DNA of 64,000 bases from a virus (Duplodnaviria; Heunggongvirae; Uroviricota; Caudoviricetes): IMG/VR virus record IMGVR_UViG_3300008111_001458; one strand, 5' to 3'. Below, in pieces: positions 47,074 to 58,430 of the stretch; position 1 is the stretch's first letter; each line of letters begins with the position of its first letter. The position numbers and the translations under genes are program-made. A model generated the notes under the pieces. The model saw only the letters and a list, made by a program, of their open reading frames with translations. It ran no database searches and was not told the DNA's origin.

Positions 47074-48847
47074 TTAATAAATTTTTTAAAGAACCTCTAC
47101 GTCTCATAGAAACTAAACTTAAACCTTTAATATCTTTAATTTTTGGAACAACCTCGTAAAATACATTTTCTTTTTTCTTATTAACTATATCGCAACTGCC
47201 TTGTATTCTAATAGGATATGTATGCTCAATATCGAATATAAAAGTTGATTGAAGATCAATCACCCATTGTGGTATATTATTAAACTTTTTTGAAAAATCA
47301 ATAACTTTTCTTATCAATTCGTGACGATGATCGTATAACCATTCATTACTTCGTTTGTGTAATATGTGTCCCGGTCCGTCATCTATTTTTCCAAAAGTTA
47401 AAAACTGTCGAACAAGATTTTTCATTTTATCATATTCTTGTTTTGTTAACGGATCAGTTTTTAAAAATTCATAAAAATCATCATAAAACTGTTGATATGA
47501 AATATCATTATTAACTCTTAAATATCTTGAAATAATTTGAGAGTATCCAGTAAAGTGAAATTTTGTTATCATCCATCCGTACATATATCCATCGACCATT
47601 TCTTCTCTGGACATCGTTTTAGTTTCGCAAATTATTTCTATAGTTTCTGAAATGCCGTCGTTCGTTTCGCTATGCATGTCGATATAATCATGACACTTAA
47701 CTGCTTTTATTCCATGCATCAGTCTGCTGGTAGCAGAAGCAAGTTCGCTATTTGTCAACAGTTGAGTCCAATACATTTCAACTACATTGTGTTGTCCTAA
47801 TTCAATTACTCGAGTAAATCCCTCTTTCCAGCTCTTTAAAGTTTCATTAGGCATTCCCAGAATTAATTCTGTATAAGTGGGAACATTATATTTTGTACTC
47901 ATTTCTAACAATTCTTCTAAATTGTTTGTAGGTAAATTTTTACGTTTTATGGCATCTAAAGTATCTTCATTGAAACTTTGCAATGCAATAGAAACTCCTA
48001 AATATTTTGGTCCCAAAACCTGCCCAATCATAAAAATATTTTCCGTACTATTTTTTGCAGTAATAATACTCATTACTTCTACTTTTGGGTTACTATCTGT
48101 TACTTCTCTTAATTTTTTAGCAATCTCTAAATCTCTTTCTTTGAATATTCCAAAGTTTGCATCTGCGAGATATACATAAGAAATTGGTCGATCTCGTATC
48201 CACTCTATTTCGCTATAAATTTTTTCAAGTTCAAATTTAGCAACTTTACTGTAAGTAAGACTGCCCCAATCGCAAAATGTGCAGGAATATGGACAACCCC
48301 GATTGGTTTCTAATGTCATAGCCCAAACTGCATTCGGATTTTCTTCTATGATTTTATCAAATATTCCTGTTGTGTATGGACTTGGAATAACTGATAAATC
48401 CTTCATGCGTTTTTTTGGCATGAATTTTTCGATAGGTTGTTGATTTTTTATTCTTCTTAATATTTCAACAAATGTTTCTTCGCCTTCGGCCTGGACTATT
48501 GAATCAATAAAATCGTATTCTAAAAACCCAGAATTAACTTCCGGCCCCCCAAAAACAATAACACACGAAGGCCATTTTTCTTTAATTTGTTTTGCAAATT
48601 CTAAACAATAAAGGCGATTCCACATATAACAACTAAACCCACATAATGACGGATTTTCAATTTTAGATATGGCATCTTCTATTTTTTCTCTTTTAAAAAT
48701 CAAACCAGCCAGCGTAAAATTTTCTGCAATTTCTGGATATTGAATAGCATAACACCAAATGGTTCCAACACTATAAGGTATCCAATGATTGGCTTGTCCG
48801 TTGATTACTGCTGTATATTGTGGTTGTAAAAGATAAACGTTAAACAT
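47054..48847 (-). CDS. B12-binding radical-SAM protein, paralog 3
   Basis: N-terminal B12-binding-like domain, then NRGCPYSCTFCDWGS (CxxxCxxC). Confidence 0.65.
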   Translation of the reverse strand: MFNVYLLQPQYTAVINGQANHWIPYSVGTIWCYAIQYPEIAENFTLAGLIFKREKIEDAISKIENPSLCGFSCYMWNRLYCLEFAKQIKEKWPSCVIVFGGPEVNSGFLEYDFIDSIVQAEGEETFVEILRRIKNQQPIEKFMPKKRMKDLSVIPSPYTTGIFDKIIEENPNAVWAMTLETNRGCPYSCTFCDWGSLTYSKVAKFELEKIYSEIEWIRDRPISYVYLADANFGIFKERDLEIAKKLREVTDSNPKVEVMSIITAKNSTENIFMIGQVLGPKYLGVSIALQSFNEDTLDAIKRKNLPTNNLEELLEMSTKYNVPTYTELILGMPNETLKSWKEGFTRVIELGQHNVVEMYWTQLLTNSELASATSRLMHGIKAVKCHDYIDMHSETNDGISETIEIICETKTMSREEMVDGYMYGWMITKFHFTGYSQIISRYLRVNNDISYQQFYDDFYEFLKTDPLTKQEYDKMKNLVRQFLTFGKIDDGPGHILHKRSNEWLYDHRHELIRKVIDFSKKFNNIPQWVIDLQSTFIFDIEHTYPIRIQGSCDIVNKKKENVFYEVVPKIKDIKGLSLVSMRRRGSLKNLLIVNSYE

Positions 48848-50093
48848 ATTTTTTCACTAACTTTTTAATATTTAATAATATGTTATCTGAAGAATTTAGC
48901 AGAATCATATCAAGGTTATGATTATAGTTATCATTAACATAATCTAATTCCTGATATAGTGATTTTTGATCATTTTTAAAAAAAATTAATTTTTTAATAA
49001 CTGCATTTGCTCTTTCAACTGGATCTTTAATTTTATCAATTTCTAATGTTGATTTTGAAAATTTAAAATTAAATTTTTCTTCCAAAGCATGGCATAGATT
49101 ATATGTAGCTAAAGGTAAGATAATTTGCCCTAGTAAAATAGGTCTTAAAATTTTTTCACTGTGTGTTATGATATTTTGAACAAAAAAGGTCTCAGTGACA
49201 ACATTAATCGGCGCCATAAACATTTGATCATTGTAAAAATTTGAAACAAAATATTCGTGCGTACCGTGGGTTAATTTAAAATTTGGTATTTCTAAATTGT
49301 CTATCTTAATAGGAAGAAGTTTATTAATTTGATTTAATTCTTCCTCAGAGACATTTAAATTAAATTTTTCACATATTTTTAAAAATCTTAAATTATAATT
49401 TTTTTGATGCATGGATAAAATTCCATCGTCTAATAGATTATTTTTCCACAGTAGGTAAAATATTAATTCTCTATTCCAGCGACGCTGTCTATTAAAAGAG
49501 TTGAATAAATGTGTGTGGCGGTATTGTTTCCTAATTTCTTGGAATGTTGTTCTAAAAAACATTTCTGGATCAGAAGAAGATTTAAAAAATAACATTGTAA
49601 AATTTAATAGAACTTTTCCGTACAATAGGTTGTCAACACAAGATACTGCAAATTTAGGTTTAGTCTTTAAAGCTCTAGCCCATTTTCTAAAACTTGATTT
49701 AATTGAAAAATCATTGTCAATATACTCTAATGTATTTGGAGTAACAAGATTATGATAAACAGTTAAAAATTCATATACTGGCTGATATTCTGGAGATTCA
49801 ATAATTCTATCTTCAATAAGTTTAACCGCGGGTTCCATTCCATGAAAAAATATATGATGTTTAAATGATTTAATAAATTCTAAATCTCTAAGGATAGTCG
49901 ATGGGATGTCAATAGAAAATCCGCTAAACATATTAAAAACAATAACAGATACGTTAGTGGATAATTGTTTTATTTTTTCACTTATTATGTTATCTGTAAA
50001 AATATCATTTCCGTCAATGTCTTTTGCCGAAACAATTAATTTTCCGTTGATGTTTAGAGAATAAAAAATATATGCTGGAGTCATTGGTTCCAA
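48840..50093 (-). CDS. Hypothetical protein
   Basis: 417-aa ORF. Confidence 0.4.
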   Translation of the reverse strand: MEPMTPAYIFYSLNINGKLIVSAKDIDGNDIFTDNIISEKIKQLSTNVSVIVFNMFSGFSIDIPSTILRDLEFIKSFKHHIFFHGMEPAVKLIEDRIIESPEYQPVYEFLTVYHNLVTPNTLEYIDNDFSIKSSFRKWARALKTKPKFAVSCVDNLLYGKVLLNFTMLFFKSSSDPEMFFRTTFQEIRKQYRHTHLFNSFNRQRRWNRELIFYLLWKNNLLDDGILSMHQKNYNLRFLKICEKFNLNVSEEELNQINKLLPIKIDNLEIPNFKLTHGTHEYFVSNFYNDQMFMAPINVVTETFFVQNIITHSEKILRPILLGQIILPLATYNLCHALEEKFNFKFSKSTLEIDKIKDPVERANAVIKKLIFFKNDQKSLYQELDYVNDNYNHNLDMILLNSSDNILLNIKKLVKKYV

Positions 50094-50833
50094 AAAGTTT
50101 CCACTTTATCTGTAAAATCTAAACACAATCCATTTTGATAATTTTCAATGCTATGTTTTATCCAATTAAAAACTAAGGTATTTTTTATTTCCCCATCGAG
50201 GTGATTAGCTCTTTGATCTGTTTGTAAAATTTTTATATCATGATCAGTTAAACTTAAACTTAATAATGGGGGACGAATCTCAACTCCGTGCTTCCATGTA
50301 TGATGATACGTAACATTATTTGGTTTTGTACTGTCAGTAGACCAATCACTTGTTTTACCGGCAGTCCATAGATGAATAATTTTTGTAGGTAATTTTGATA
50401 AAATTTCGTCGTCGAAATATCTTAATGCAGAAATATATTCAAGTTCCTCTTTTTCCCAATTAAACAATTCATTATAATATAATTGAGCAGCTTTCCATAC
50501 TTTCCAATATAATGGATTAAATGTATGAAATTTTGGATTAATTGCATCTGCACTATTTAGTCTTCTTACTTTTTTATGATATAATCGACCCGGTAAACTC
50601 CATACAAATACAGATATATCGGGAACTTTATTTTGGTCTATTAATGGTTTTAGCTGTGTTAGATAACAATCCCATATGCCCGACCCTCCATATCCAAGAT
50701 TTACTATATCACAAGAATAATGTTTTTTTAATTTTTTTATATAGGTGTCATACCTAAACCATAAGCTATGATGATTTTCTATCTCTGCGCAAAAGCTATC
50801 TCCAAAGAATCCTATAGTATTATATTTTTGCAT
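50081..50833 (-). CDS. SGNH/GDSL-like hydrolase
   Basis: N-terminal IGFFGDSF block. Confidence 0.45.
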   Translation of the reverse strand: MQKYNTIGFFGDSFCAEIENHHSLWFRYDTYIKKLKKHYSCDIVNLGYGGSGIWDCYLTQLKPLIDQNKVPDISVFVWSLPGRLYHKKVRRLNSADAINPKFHTFNPLYWKVWKAAQLYYNELFNWEKEELEYISALRYFDDEILSKLPTKIIHLWTAGKTSDWSTDSTKPNNVTYHHTWKHGVEIRPPLLSLSLTDHDIKILQTDQRANHLDGEIKNTLVFNWIKHSIENYQNGLCLDFTDKVETFWNQ

Positions 50834-51881
50834 CTTTTGTGTTTACATATAAGGTAAATTTTGCATCCAAGTCAACTGAACATGCTCCGGAGCAAACAAG
50901 CAATCTTCCTTCTGAAAATTTCTTAGTCCAACTCCTTTCTAGTTCTAGATAAAATTCACTGTTTAAAATATCATTCCAGTTGTGCGAAGATAATTTTAAC
51001 TTATCTCCTCCGTAGGTTGTCCATAATTTATAGTACCCGTCCGGATCTGTCGGGTTCAATGTAAATTTTGCGCCTGCTATAAAACAACACGGTAATAGAT
51101 GTGTGTCGGCATCAATGTATAATTCGTCCTTTTCTAATGACTGACATTTTATACAAGACTTCTCGGAATTCTCTCCCCACTCTTCAGTTGATTTTTTATC
51201 AAGTTTTAGCAGTATTGATTTTTCTTCTTCTATGGTTGGAGGTTCTAATCTTTTTCCGTCGGCACCAAACGTTTCTCTTCCAAAAAGTTCTTCAACAAAG
51301 AATCTATTATTATAGATAGTAAAGAAATTCTTAAATCCCATTTGTTGAGAAAAATTTCTAGCTTCTTCAATTTGTTTTTCGTTATGTTTAAAAACAATAA
51401 ATTGCCACCAGGCATGTCCGCCTGCATCAATAAATGCTTTCACATTCTCCATTAATTTATTCCACTTCACATTTACTCGATAAATCCAATTTGTATTTTC
51501 TAGCCCGTCAATGCCAAAAATAACTATATCAGTCCGATCTAATACAGATGCTAATTCTTTCCACCATTCGACGGATCTCAATCCTCCGTTTGTTGCTATA
51601 GTTAATTTTATATTCGGATTTTTCTTTTTTATTATTCTGCAAACATCTATAAAATTAGGTGCCGCACACGGATCTCCCATTGTTCCACAAAAATTTATTC
51701 TTTCTAAATCATTATAAATTTGATCTGGTATTCTTTCTTCATAGAATTCTGTTGGGATATAAGTTTGTTTAAAAAAGCTATGATCTCCTTCGTACCATTC
51801 TCTGAGACATTGTGGACAGGCAGCATTACAAATCGTGCTAGTTTCAATTTGTATATTTTTAATTTTATTGTATTTGGCCAT
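50820..51881 (-). CDS. Radical-SAM protein with C-terminal Cys-rich region (SPASM/twitch-like)
   Basis: IETSTICNAACPQC CxxxCxxC near the N-terminus. C-terminal cysteines CIKCQ ... PCCF ... CSGAC. Confidence 0.6.
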   Translation of the reverse strand: MAKYNKIKNIQIETSTICNAACPQCLREWYEGDHSFFKQTYIPTEFYEERIPDQIYNDLERINFCGTMGDPCAAPNFIDVCRIIKKKNPNIKLTIATNGGLRSVEWWKELASVLDRTDIVIFGIDGLENTNWIYRVNVKWNKLMENVKAFIDAGGHAWWQFIVFKHNEKQIEEARNFSQQMGFKNFFTIYNNRFFVEELFGRETFGADGKRLEPPTIEEEKSILLKLDKKSTEEWGENSEKSCIKCQSLEKDELYIDADTHLLPCCFIAGAKFTLNPTDPDGYYKLWTTYGGDKLKLSSHNWNDILNSEFYLELERSWTKKFSEGRLLVCSGACSVDLDAKFTLYVNTKDAKI

Positions 51882-52503
51882 ATATAATTGCTACTTGTAG
51901 AAAATCAGTATTTCCCTCGATAATTAGATTTAATTTTGTATCTAAAATCTGCTGTCTTAATTCGTCGGCATTGAATGCTGCTAAGAGCGAATTGTAATAA
52001 TCGTTTTTAAATAATTCGCTATCTTTTTCAGCCAATTGACCAACAATTTTTTTTGCAATATCTTTGTTTTTAGGACGAACCAAATCCATAATGAATACAT
52101 TGTTTGAAATATTCTTTACACAGTTCCAAAAAATATTAGAATCATGTATGTGATGAAGTGTATTAGTTGATATTACGCAATCAGCAGAATCTTTAACATT
52201 TTTAAAATATTCGCATCTTAATCGTACTCCACTACTGATATTTTCTACAATAGTTTGTCCAAGTTCTATCATATACTCACTCGCGTCATAGCCGGTTATT
52301 AATAGGTCTGGATATTGCGTCTCTAATGCAAATAGATACGATCCAGTACCACATCCCAAATCGACTACTTTACCTTTTTTGAGATTGACATATTTTTTAT
52401 AAAAGTCAAGAAATCCCTTGATTCCATAATCTCTACTACCGTGATGAAACGCCAATACTTGATTTTTTTCATTCATTATTTCTGGTTCTAAATGACGTTG
52501 CAT
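51865..52503 (-). CDS. Class I SAM-dependent methyltransferase
   Basis: Motif I VVDLGCGTGSY. Confidence 0.65.
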   Translation of the reverse strand: MQRHLEPEIMNEKNQVLAFHHGSRDYGIKGFLDFYKKYVNLKKGKVVDLGCGTGSYLFALETQYPDLLITGYDASEYMIELGQTIVENISSGVRLRCEYFKNVKDSADCVISTNTLHHIHDSNIFWNCVKNISNNVFIMDLVRPKNKDIAKKIVGQLAEKDSELFKNDYYNSLLAAFNADELRQQILDTKLNLIIEGNTDFLQVAIIYGQIQ

Positions 52504-53090
52504 ATATTGGATCCTATAATAATTCTATCTTCATTCGAAAGATTGGGTTGAGTTTTATGATTTATATACCCGGGAAATATTATTAACATTCCTGTTTTCA
52601 CGGTAATTTCTTGCTCAAATGATTTGTAACGCATTTGATCAAAATCATATGGCTGGTGTTTTAGCAAGATAGCATTGGGATGTTCGAATATAATATTTCC
52701 ACCATTTGTAGGATGCTGAAGATAAAAACTAGCAGTCATGTGTATAGGACTATGATTATGCATATCAATAAATGATTCTTGTTCGTATCGATTCACCCAC
52801 ATTTCATAAACACCTGGTTTACCTGATTTACTATATCCTAATCTGTTCCAATATGTTCCTGCTTCTTTGTTTATAAATTCAGTTAATTCAATAAAGGATG
52901 GATCTAAATTTAAATCTCGTTTTATGTTATATGAACATATACCTTTTCCGCGTATGCTCGATTGATTATTCTTTTTGGTTTCTTCAAACCACGGTTGTAT
53001 CTTAGGGAATAACATATTCTGAAGTTGTTTAATATCTCCAGAATACTCTGCTGTATGAATCAGTATGGGAAAAATTTCTTTAGTTGGCAT
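52488..53090 (-). CDS. Cupin / 2OG-Fe(II)-oxygenase-like protein
   Basis: His-rich beta-rich core (MHNHSPIH ... FPGYINHKT). Weak call. Confidence 0.4.
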   Translation of the reverse strand: MPTKEIFPILIHTAEYSGDIKQLQNMLFPKIQPWFEETKKNNQSSIRGKGICSYNIKRDLNLDPSFIELTEFINKEAGTYWNRLGYSKSGKPGVYEMWVNRYEQESFIDMHNHSPIHMTASFYLQHPTNGGNIIFEHPNAILLKHQPYDFDQMRYKSFEQEITVKTGMLIIFPGYINHKTQPNLSNEDRIIIGSNICNVI

Positions 53091-53107
53091 AAGTCTATAA
53101 ATACCGC

Positions 53108-53740
53108 ATGTATCTTACTTATGTTGACTTACCGCCCGTACCAAAATATATTAGAGATCAAATAATTCACATAGTAGAACACCCTATTCATAATTTTCAA
53201 AACTCGGCATCATTCGTCGAATATGCTAGAAAAAATCTAAACATAGAAGCAAGCCAAGAAATTATTGATGCTATTGTTGGTATAGAATATAATTCGCAGG
53301 ATTCTTTGGGTTATCATTTATCTGATGCTTTCAAATATTTTGATGATCTAGCAAATTTTGATTTTTTAGAAGTTAACGATGAAATTAAAAAATGGGTTAG
53401 AGAGAATATCGATCTTGATGTAATACACATTAGCATACAATCAATGCATAGTGGAAAAACAATCACCCCACACATTGATGAAATGAGAAATTACGCTTAC
53501 AATTATATCATAGAAACAGGAGGAGATAAAACCTCCACATGTTTTTGGACTCCAAAGGTAGAATACAGTCATTTAAAAACATATGCTCAAACAGTATTTC
53601 CATATGACAGATTAGATTTAGTAGAAAAAATTAAAATAAAAGAATGCGCCTGGCACAAACTAGATACTAAAACTATTCATAGTGTAGAAAATTTAGATCC
53701 ACATAAAAAAAGAATTTCGTTGTCACTGAGTTTTTTATGA
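53108..53740 (+). CDS. Hypothetical protein
   Basis: 210-aa ORF. Confidence 0.4.
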   Translation: MYLTYVDLPPVPKYIRDQIIHIVEHPIHNFQNSASFVEYARKNLNIEASQEIIDAIVGIEYNSQDSLGYHLSDAFKYFDDLANFDFLEVNDEIKKWVRENIDLDVIHISIQSMHSGKTITPHIDEMRNYAYNYIIETGGDKTSTCFWTPKVEYSHLKTYAQTVFPYDRLDLVEKIKIKECAWHKLDTKTIHSVENLDPHKKRISLSLSFL

Positions 53741-54921
53741 CCAATATTATATTTCCCTATTCAAAAAATAATCAACAACCGATTCGTAAAATAGAAGAAT
53801 ATACTGACTATGGGTTTATCGAAAATGGTAATCAGTATTTAGATCTAAGTTTGGGTGCCTGCGGTTGTTTTCCCCTAGGATTTAAAAGAAAAGACATTAT
53901 TGATTTCGTATCTCTTAGAATGATCAATAATCCATTTTGCGGCGGAGAATTCTACACAACAAATGATGCTGTGTTAGAATTAACCGATCGAATTAGTAAA
54001 ATGAGCGGAGGATACAAAAGTGCATTTGCATTGAGTGGAAGCGATGCGATCGAAGGAGCACTAAGGTTAGCTCAAATGTATAACAAAAAAAATAAATTTT
54101 TGGGATTTCGAAAATCTTATCATGGAAGTACATTTTTAAGTAGCAGTGTCAGTGATGCTACTTATATGACAGATGTATTCGGAAAAGATTCAAGATGTGT
54201 CATCAGCGATTACAACTTAGAGATGATTACTGAAGATTTATGTGCCGTAGTTGTAGAAACTGCCAGTTGGCAAAACGGATTATACGATCCTGGTGAAAAC
54301 TTTTGGAACGGGCTTAGAGAAGAATGCACTCGCAAAAATATAGTTCTTATTGTTGATGACATCGCCGTGTGCGGAGGAAAGACTGGTTCTTTTTTTGGTT
54401 GGACTGGAAGAATAATTCCAGATATTTTTACAATGGGTAAAGCATTAACCGGAGGTTATTTTCCTCTCAGTGCCGTTTGTGCTAATCAAAAAATATTTGA
54501 TAAAATTAAATATGATGTTTTTGTGCATGGCTTTAGTTACAGTTTCAATCTAAGTGGGATTTATTCTGCATTAGAATATATGAATATATTAGATCGAGAA
54601 CAGTTATTAATTAATCAACCTAAATTAGAAAGATGGGGGAAATTAATGTGTCAGCGATTTAAAGACAAAGAATTAATTAAGGATTATAATAATTATGGAC
54701 TTTTATTTAATCTAGTATTACTAAACGAAAAGCCCATGGACAGTACATTTGAAAGATTTTTATATCAATATGGGATTAATGCCGGAATGTGGAACGAAGG
54801 TGGAACTGGAGTTTTGTTTGTTATTCCTCTCGATGCACCTTCCGATTGGTTTGAAGACATTGAATATCGATTTTTACAAGCCTTAACTGATTACAGATCG
54901 ATTTCTACCCTCACGAGATAG
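53737..54921 (+). CDS. Class-III (PLP-dependent) aminotransferase
   Basis: VDDIAVCGGKTGSFFG ... FTMGKALTGGYFPLSA contains the family's PLP-lysine block. Confidence 0.65.
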   Translation: MTNIIFPYSKNNQQPIRKIEEYTDYGFIENGNQYLDLSLGACGCFPLGFKRKDIIDFVSLRMINNPFCGGEFYTTNDAVLELTDRISKMSGGYKSAFALSGSDAIEGALRLAQMYNKKNKFLGFRKSYHGSTFLSSSVSDATYMTDVFGKDSRCVISDYNLEMITEDLCAVVVETASWQNGLYDPGENFWNGLREECTRKNIVLIVDDIAVCGGKTGSFFGWTGRIIPDIFTMGKALTGGYFPLSAVCANQKIFDKIKYDVFVHGFSYSFNLSGIYSALEYMNILDREQLLINQPKLERWGKLMCQRFKDKELIKDYNNYGLLFNLVLLNEKPMDSTFERFLYQYGINAGMWNEGGTGVLFVIPLDAPSDWFEDIEYRFLQALTDYRSISTLTR

Positions 54922-55923
54922 ATCCAAAGTTAAACAGTGGATTCCTGCTTCCCAGAATAATCCGTGGCGTTGTGGTACTACATGACAGTTAATGCTGTAA
55001 CGTTCCATGACTTTAAAAATACCGGGCTGATGATTGCTGAATAAAATATTGTTGCTGTCAATAACTAAAACATTACTATCAAAAAACACTTCTTGTGCAT
55101 ACCCTTTCCATTCGGTTAGCCACTTATCGATCCAAGCATCACTAAATTTGCCTGTTGTGTTTCGATAGTCATTGATAAATTTTGTATCGTCGAATTTCTC
55201 AAAATGATCTTGTAGCTCTACTATCTGCTTATTATGCAACGGTTCTGGTACCCAAGTTTTGTTTACGCAAAAAATTAGATCATCGTTAGTCATAAACCAT
55301 CCGTGATCTATGTGTCCAAAACCTTTCTGATGTGTATTGCCTGCATCAATAATAGTATTTTCTGGAAGATTACGTTTCATCCATTCGAGTCCAAGAGTAT
55401 TTCCCGGTCCTTTGATATTAGTAATTAATTTGTCTCCGCACTTAAACATTGTAGCTGTATGCCATAGAACTTGATTCTTTAATTGCTCGTGATAGACATA
55501 TTCACCGTTTGCCCACCATCTATCTACTAGTGTATCTAATTTTGGTGGAGGCATGCTTATCCAATTATAACCTCTATCAAAAAATTCCTTAAAAATATGT
55601 GTGTAATTTATGCTGTCTAAATATCTATCAGGCATACTAGTATATGTTTGATAGATGGTATTTCCATAAACTAGATATTGATCTCGGGGAACAATAGGAG
55701 CAGTTGCATATTTAATTTTAAAATTGCTTAGATCAATATCTTCTTTAAAATAGGTTACATCGGGACGATATACTTTAATTCCCATTTTAATCAAATAGTC
55801 TGCTAGATTATCTAAATCTTCTTTAGTTTCGATAAAAATTTGAGATAATTTATTTCGACTATGATCAACAAAACAGTTACCTACTATAATTTCTTTAAGC
55901 GGATCCCAATTAGTATAAATCAT
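54883..55923 (-). CDS. Hypothetical protein
   Basis: 346-aa ORF. Confidence 0.4.
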   Translation of the reverse strand: MIYTNWDPLKEIIVGNCFVDHSRNKLSQIFIETKEDLDNLADYLIKMGIKVYRPDVTYFKEDIDLSNFKIKYATAPIVPRDQYLVYGNTIYQTYTSMPDRYLDSINYTHIFKEFFDRGYNWISMPPPKLDTLVDRWWANGEYVYHEQLKNQVLWHTATMFKCGDKLITNIKGPGNTLGLEWMKRNLPENTIIDAGNTHQKGFGHIDHGWFMTNDDLIFCVNKTWVPEPLHNKQIVELQDHFEKFDDTKFINDYRNTTGKFSDAWIDKWLTEWKGYAQEVFFDSNVLVIDSNNILFSNHQPGIFKVMERYSINCHVVPQRHGLFWEAGIHCLTLDLSREGRNRSVIS

Positions 55924-57407
55924 TTGTTTAACTTTTTTTCTACATATTCTCGCTCTCTCGGACCTGTTCGATTTTTAGGAGCATCAAAATATTTTACTTT
56001 ATCTAATACTTCTTGAAGAGGAATATCGGGATAGGTATAATCAGCAAAAGTCCAGATGCTAGATTTCATTATAATCTCATCTCTTACAATTTTAACATAA
56101 AAGTCATCGACTATTTTACACGCATCTGCATAAGTCATGTTATCATTTTCCCATATAACTTTATCGTTAGCTTGCTTCACTCGTGTTTCGGCCGATCCAA
56201 AAAATTTGACTTCCTCTGGAGGTTCTGGCTCGGGTATATCTGAATGTCGATACCCATATTTTCCCATATCTTTTGATATAGTAGATTGCACATCATTAGT
56301 TTCTGATCCGTGTATTTCTAAAGGAAATGCATGGACACATTCACCTTGCCAATTTTTTTCAATCCAATTAAAAGTTTTTATCTGACTTTCTAATGTTTCG
56401 TGCGGAAGTCCTACTACTATTCCGAGTGCCCCTCTGTAAGGACCATTGCTTAAAAAATAATTTTTTACTTCGATTAATCCATCTCCGAGTTTTTCCGGTC
56501 TCATTCCCTTTCCAATAAATTTTGCTGTTTCATAATTCATAGTTTCTATACCATAAAAATGTCCAACAAATCCCATCTTTAATAAAGGTTCCCAATCTCT
56601 TCTTCTAGAAACTAAAAGGTCTGCACGAATAAATCCTGCAAAAATAGTATCAAGATTTAATTGTTGTATAGCATCTGAATATTTTTCTATTTTTTCACTA
56701 TGATCATTAAAAGTTTCATCGGCCATGTAGTAATTTTTGATTCCCCACCTTTCCCAATTTTCTTTCATATCTTCCTTAAAATCTTCTGCCGATCGAGTAT
56801 AATCTCCCTTAACACCAAGAACCGGATGATTACAATATGGACATTGAAATTTACAACCTCTAGAGCACTCTATCGTCAACCATTCCCAGGGTTGTAGATC
56901 ATCTCGATCTTGATATTTTATTGTGAGGCGATTCATAGGAAAAGCAGGATAATGTTTATTTGCGCTAATAACTTTTTTCTTTCCAAGATATAACGGATCA
57001 AGGGTTATTTTATTATTCGAATTTCCTACAAAAGATCTGGCAAGTTCTAATACTGCTAATTCTCCGTAGCCGTGAATATAGTAATCGACTTTTTTAGTAT
57101 TAATTAGAGGTTTACTTTGTCCTCCTACAATTATTCTAATGTAAGGATAAGAAGATTTAATCCAGTCAATAAAAATATCAACGTCGTCGCTCCATGCATT
57201 AAAAAAAGAACTGAAACCAATAAAAATAGTTTTAGAACTTATACGCATTTTAGCTACTTCTTTTAATTCTTCTAGCGTGAATGATTTAACGTAATCTATT
57301 ACCTCTACATCCCATTCGTGTTCGCGAAGAAATGTGGCTATCCTATATGGGCCTGCCAATCTCCTTAATGCCAAGTCGTGAACACAAAAAATTAATGCGT
57401 GATTCAT
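55920..57407 (-). CDS. B12-binding radical-SAM protein, paralog 4
   Basis: N-terminal B12-binding-like domain, then ECSRGCKFQCPYCNHP. Confidence 0.65.
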   Translation of the reverse strand: MNHALIFCVHDLALRRLAGPYRIATFLREHEWDVEVIDYVKSFTLEELKEVAKMRISSKTIFIGFSSFFNAWSDDVDIFIDWIKSSYPYIRIIVGGQSKPLINTKKVDYYIHGYGELAVLELARSFVGNSNNKITLDPLYLGKKKVISANKHYPAFPMNRLTIKYQDRDDLQPWEWLTIECSRGCKFQCPYCNHPVLGVKGDYTRSAEDFKEDMKENWERWGIKNYYMADETFNDHSEKIEKYSDAIQQLNLDTIFAGFIRADLLVSRRRDWEPLLKMGFVGHFYGIETMNYETAKFIGKGMRPEKLGDGLIEVKNYFLSNGPYRGALGIVVGLPHETLESQIKTFNWIEKNWQGECVHAFPLEIHGSETNDVQSTISKDMGKYGYRHSDIPEPEPPEEVKFFGSAETRVKQANDKVIWENDNMTYADACKIVDDFYVKIVRDEIIMKSSIWTFADYTYPDIPLQEVLDKVKYFDAPKNRTGPREREYVEKKLNK

Positions 57408-57823
57408 GTTTCTAAAATCTCTTTTAAATATTCTTCACTCCAGTGCGTATAATAACTAGATTTAGATAATTTATCTCTCGCTTTATTCAGTTCGTCTCTC
57501 CACTGGCACAGAATTAAATTGTGTTCTCCATTATTAGTTTGTATACCATTAATGTAGGTTATTCTATTTTTAGGATCTGGTAAGAAAACCATCTCTGGAT
57601 AAATGCTGTTATATTCTTTCGCAATTTTAAATATTTCTTCTTCGGAATAGTCATTCGGTAATTTATAAATGATGAGCTCAAAATTCCAAGGAGGTGGATC
57701 GATATCTGATCCATCAGTTTCAATAATTTCATACTTAGAACCTTTAGCATACGGACAAATGCTAAATCCACCAAGTTCATCTCTAGGTTGGGTAATACGA
57801 TCAATCCAATTGTCAATATCCAT
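57404..57823 (-). CDS. Hypothetical protein
   Basis: 139-aa ORF. Confidence 0.4.
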   Translation of the reverse strand: MDIDNWIDRITQPRDELGGFSICPYAKGSKYEIIETDGSDIDPPPWNFELIIYKLPNDYSEEEIFKIAKEYNSIYPEMVFLPDPKNRITYINGIQTNNGEHNLILCQWRDELNKARDKLSKSSYYTHWSEEYLKEILET

Positions 57824-58430
57824 TTTGTACCGTTATACTTGAAATAAAGTTTCTACCATTGATACTCTGTAAAATTAAATCAACAGTCTTTGTAAGATCT
57901 TCAATTGTAATTATGCTATTGGTATCCATTACCTTATTATATAATTCTATACCATTCTGATTTTCTGTGTCATAGGGATTATAAAAATTAGTTTGACAAA
58001 CACCTGGCATAATAACTATGCTTTTACATTTACTACCGCTATGATTTATATCCCAGCTGACTTTATTAATAGCATATTTTTCTTCTCCGTAGTTTTTAAG
58101 CCATGGAAAATTTTTAGGTATATCTGCTAATGGTTCTGCAGCTATAGAACTTGTACTTATAATAAAATGAGGATCATTCCAATGTTGTTGGTGCCATAAT
58201 TTCATTAGTTCTACTTGAGAATAATAATGATAGGCATTATTGATAAACAAATCACAATCTTTTGTATAAGAAATAATAATATCTTGATTAGATCTATCAC
58301 CGATATCGAAACCGTTGTCTTTGCTAAATCCTTTAACTCTACAATTTAAATTAAGAAAATAATCATATAATCCTTTGCCAATCCCGCTGGTATGACCAGT
58401 AATTGCTATATTATTAAATTTCATAAACAT
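57813..58430 (-). CDS. Short-chain dehydrogenase/reductase (SDR)
   Basis: N-terminal ITGHTSGIGKGL (TGxxxGIG) Rossmann motif. Confidence 0.55.
   Translation of the reverse strand: MFMKFNNIAITGHTSGIGKGLYDYFLNLNCRVKGFSKDNGFDIGDRSNQDIIISYTKDCDLFINNAYHYYSQVELMKLWHQQHWNDPHFIISTSSIAAEPLADIPKNFPWLKNYGEEKYAINKVSWDINHSGSKCKSIVIMPGVCQTNFYNPYDTENQNGIELYNKVMDTNSIITIEDLTKTVDLILQSINGRNFISSITVQNGY

Noticed and set aside
43147-51881. PqqE/PqqD partners for the PqqA-like peptide among the island's radical-SAM genes
   Set aside because: The radical-SAM proteins lie more than 30 kb away on the opposite strand, have a different domain order from PqqE (N-terminal Cys-rich extension or B12 domain), and no PqqD-like or PqqB/C-like ORF was recognised. 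A link cannot be supported from sequence alone.
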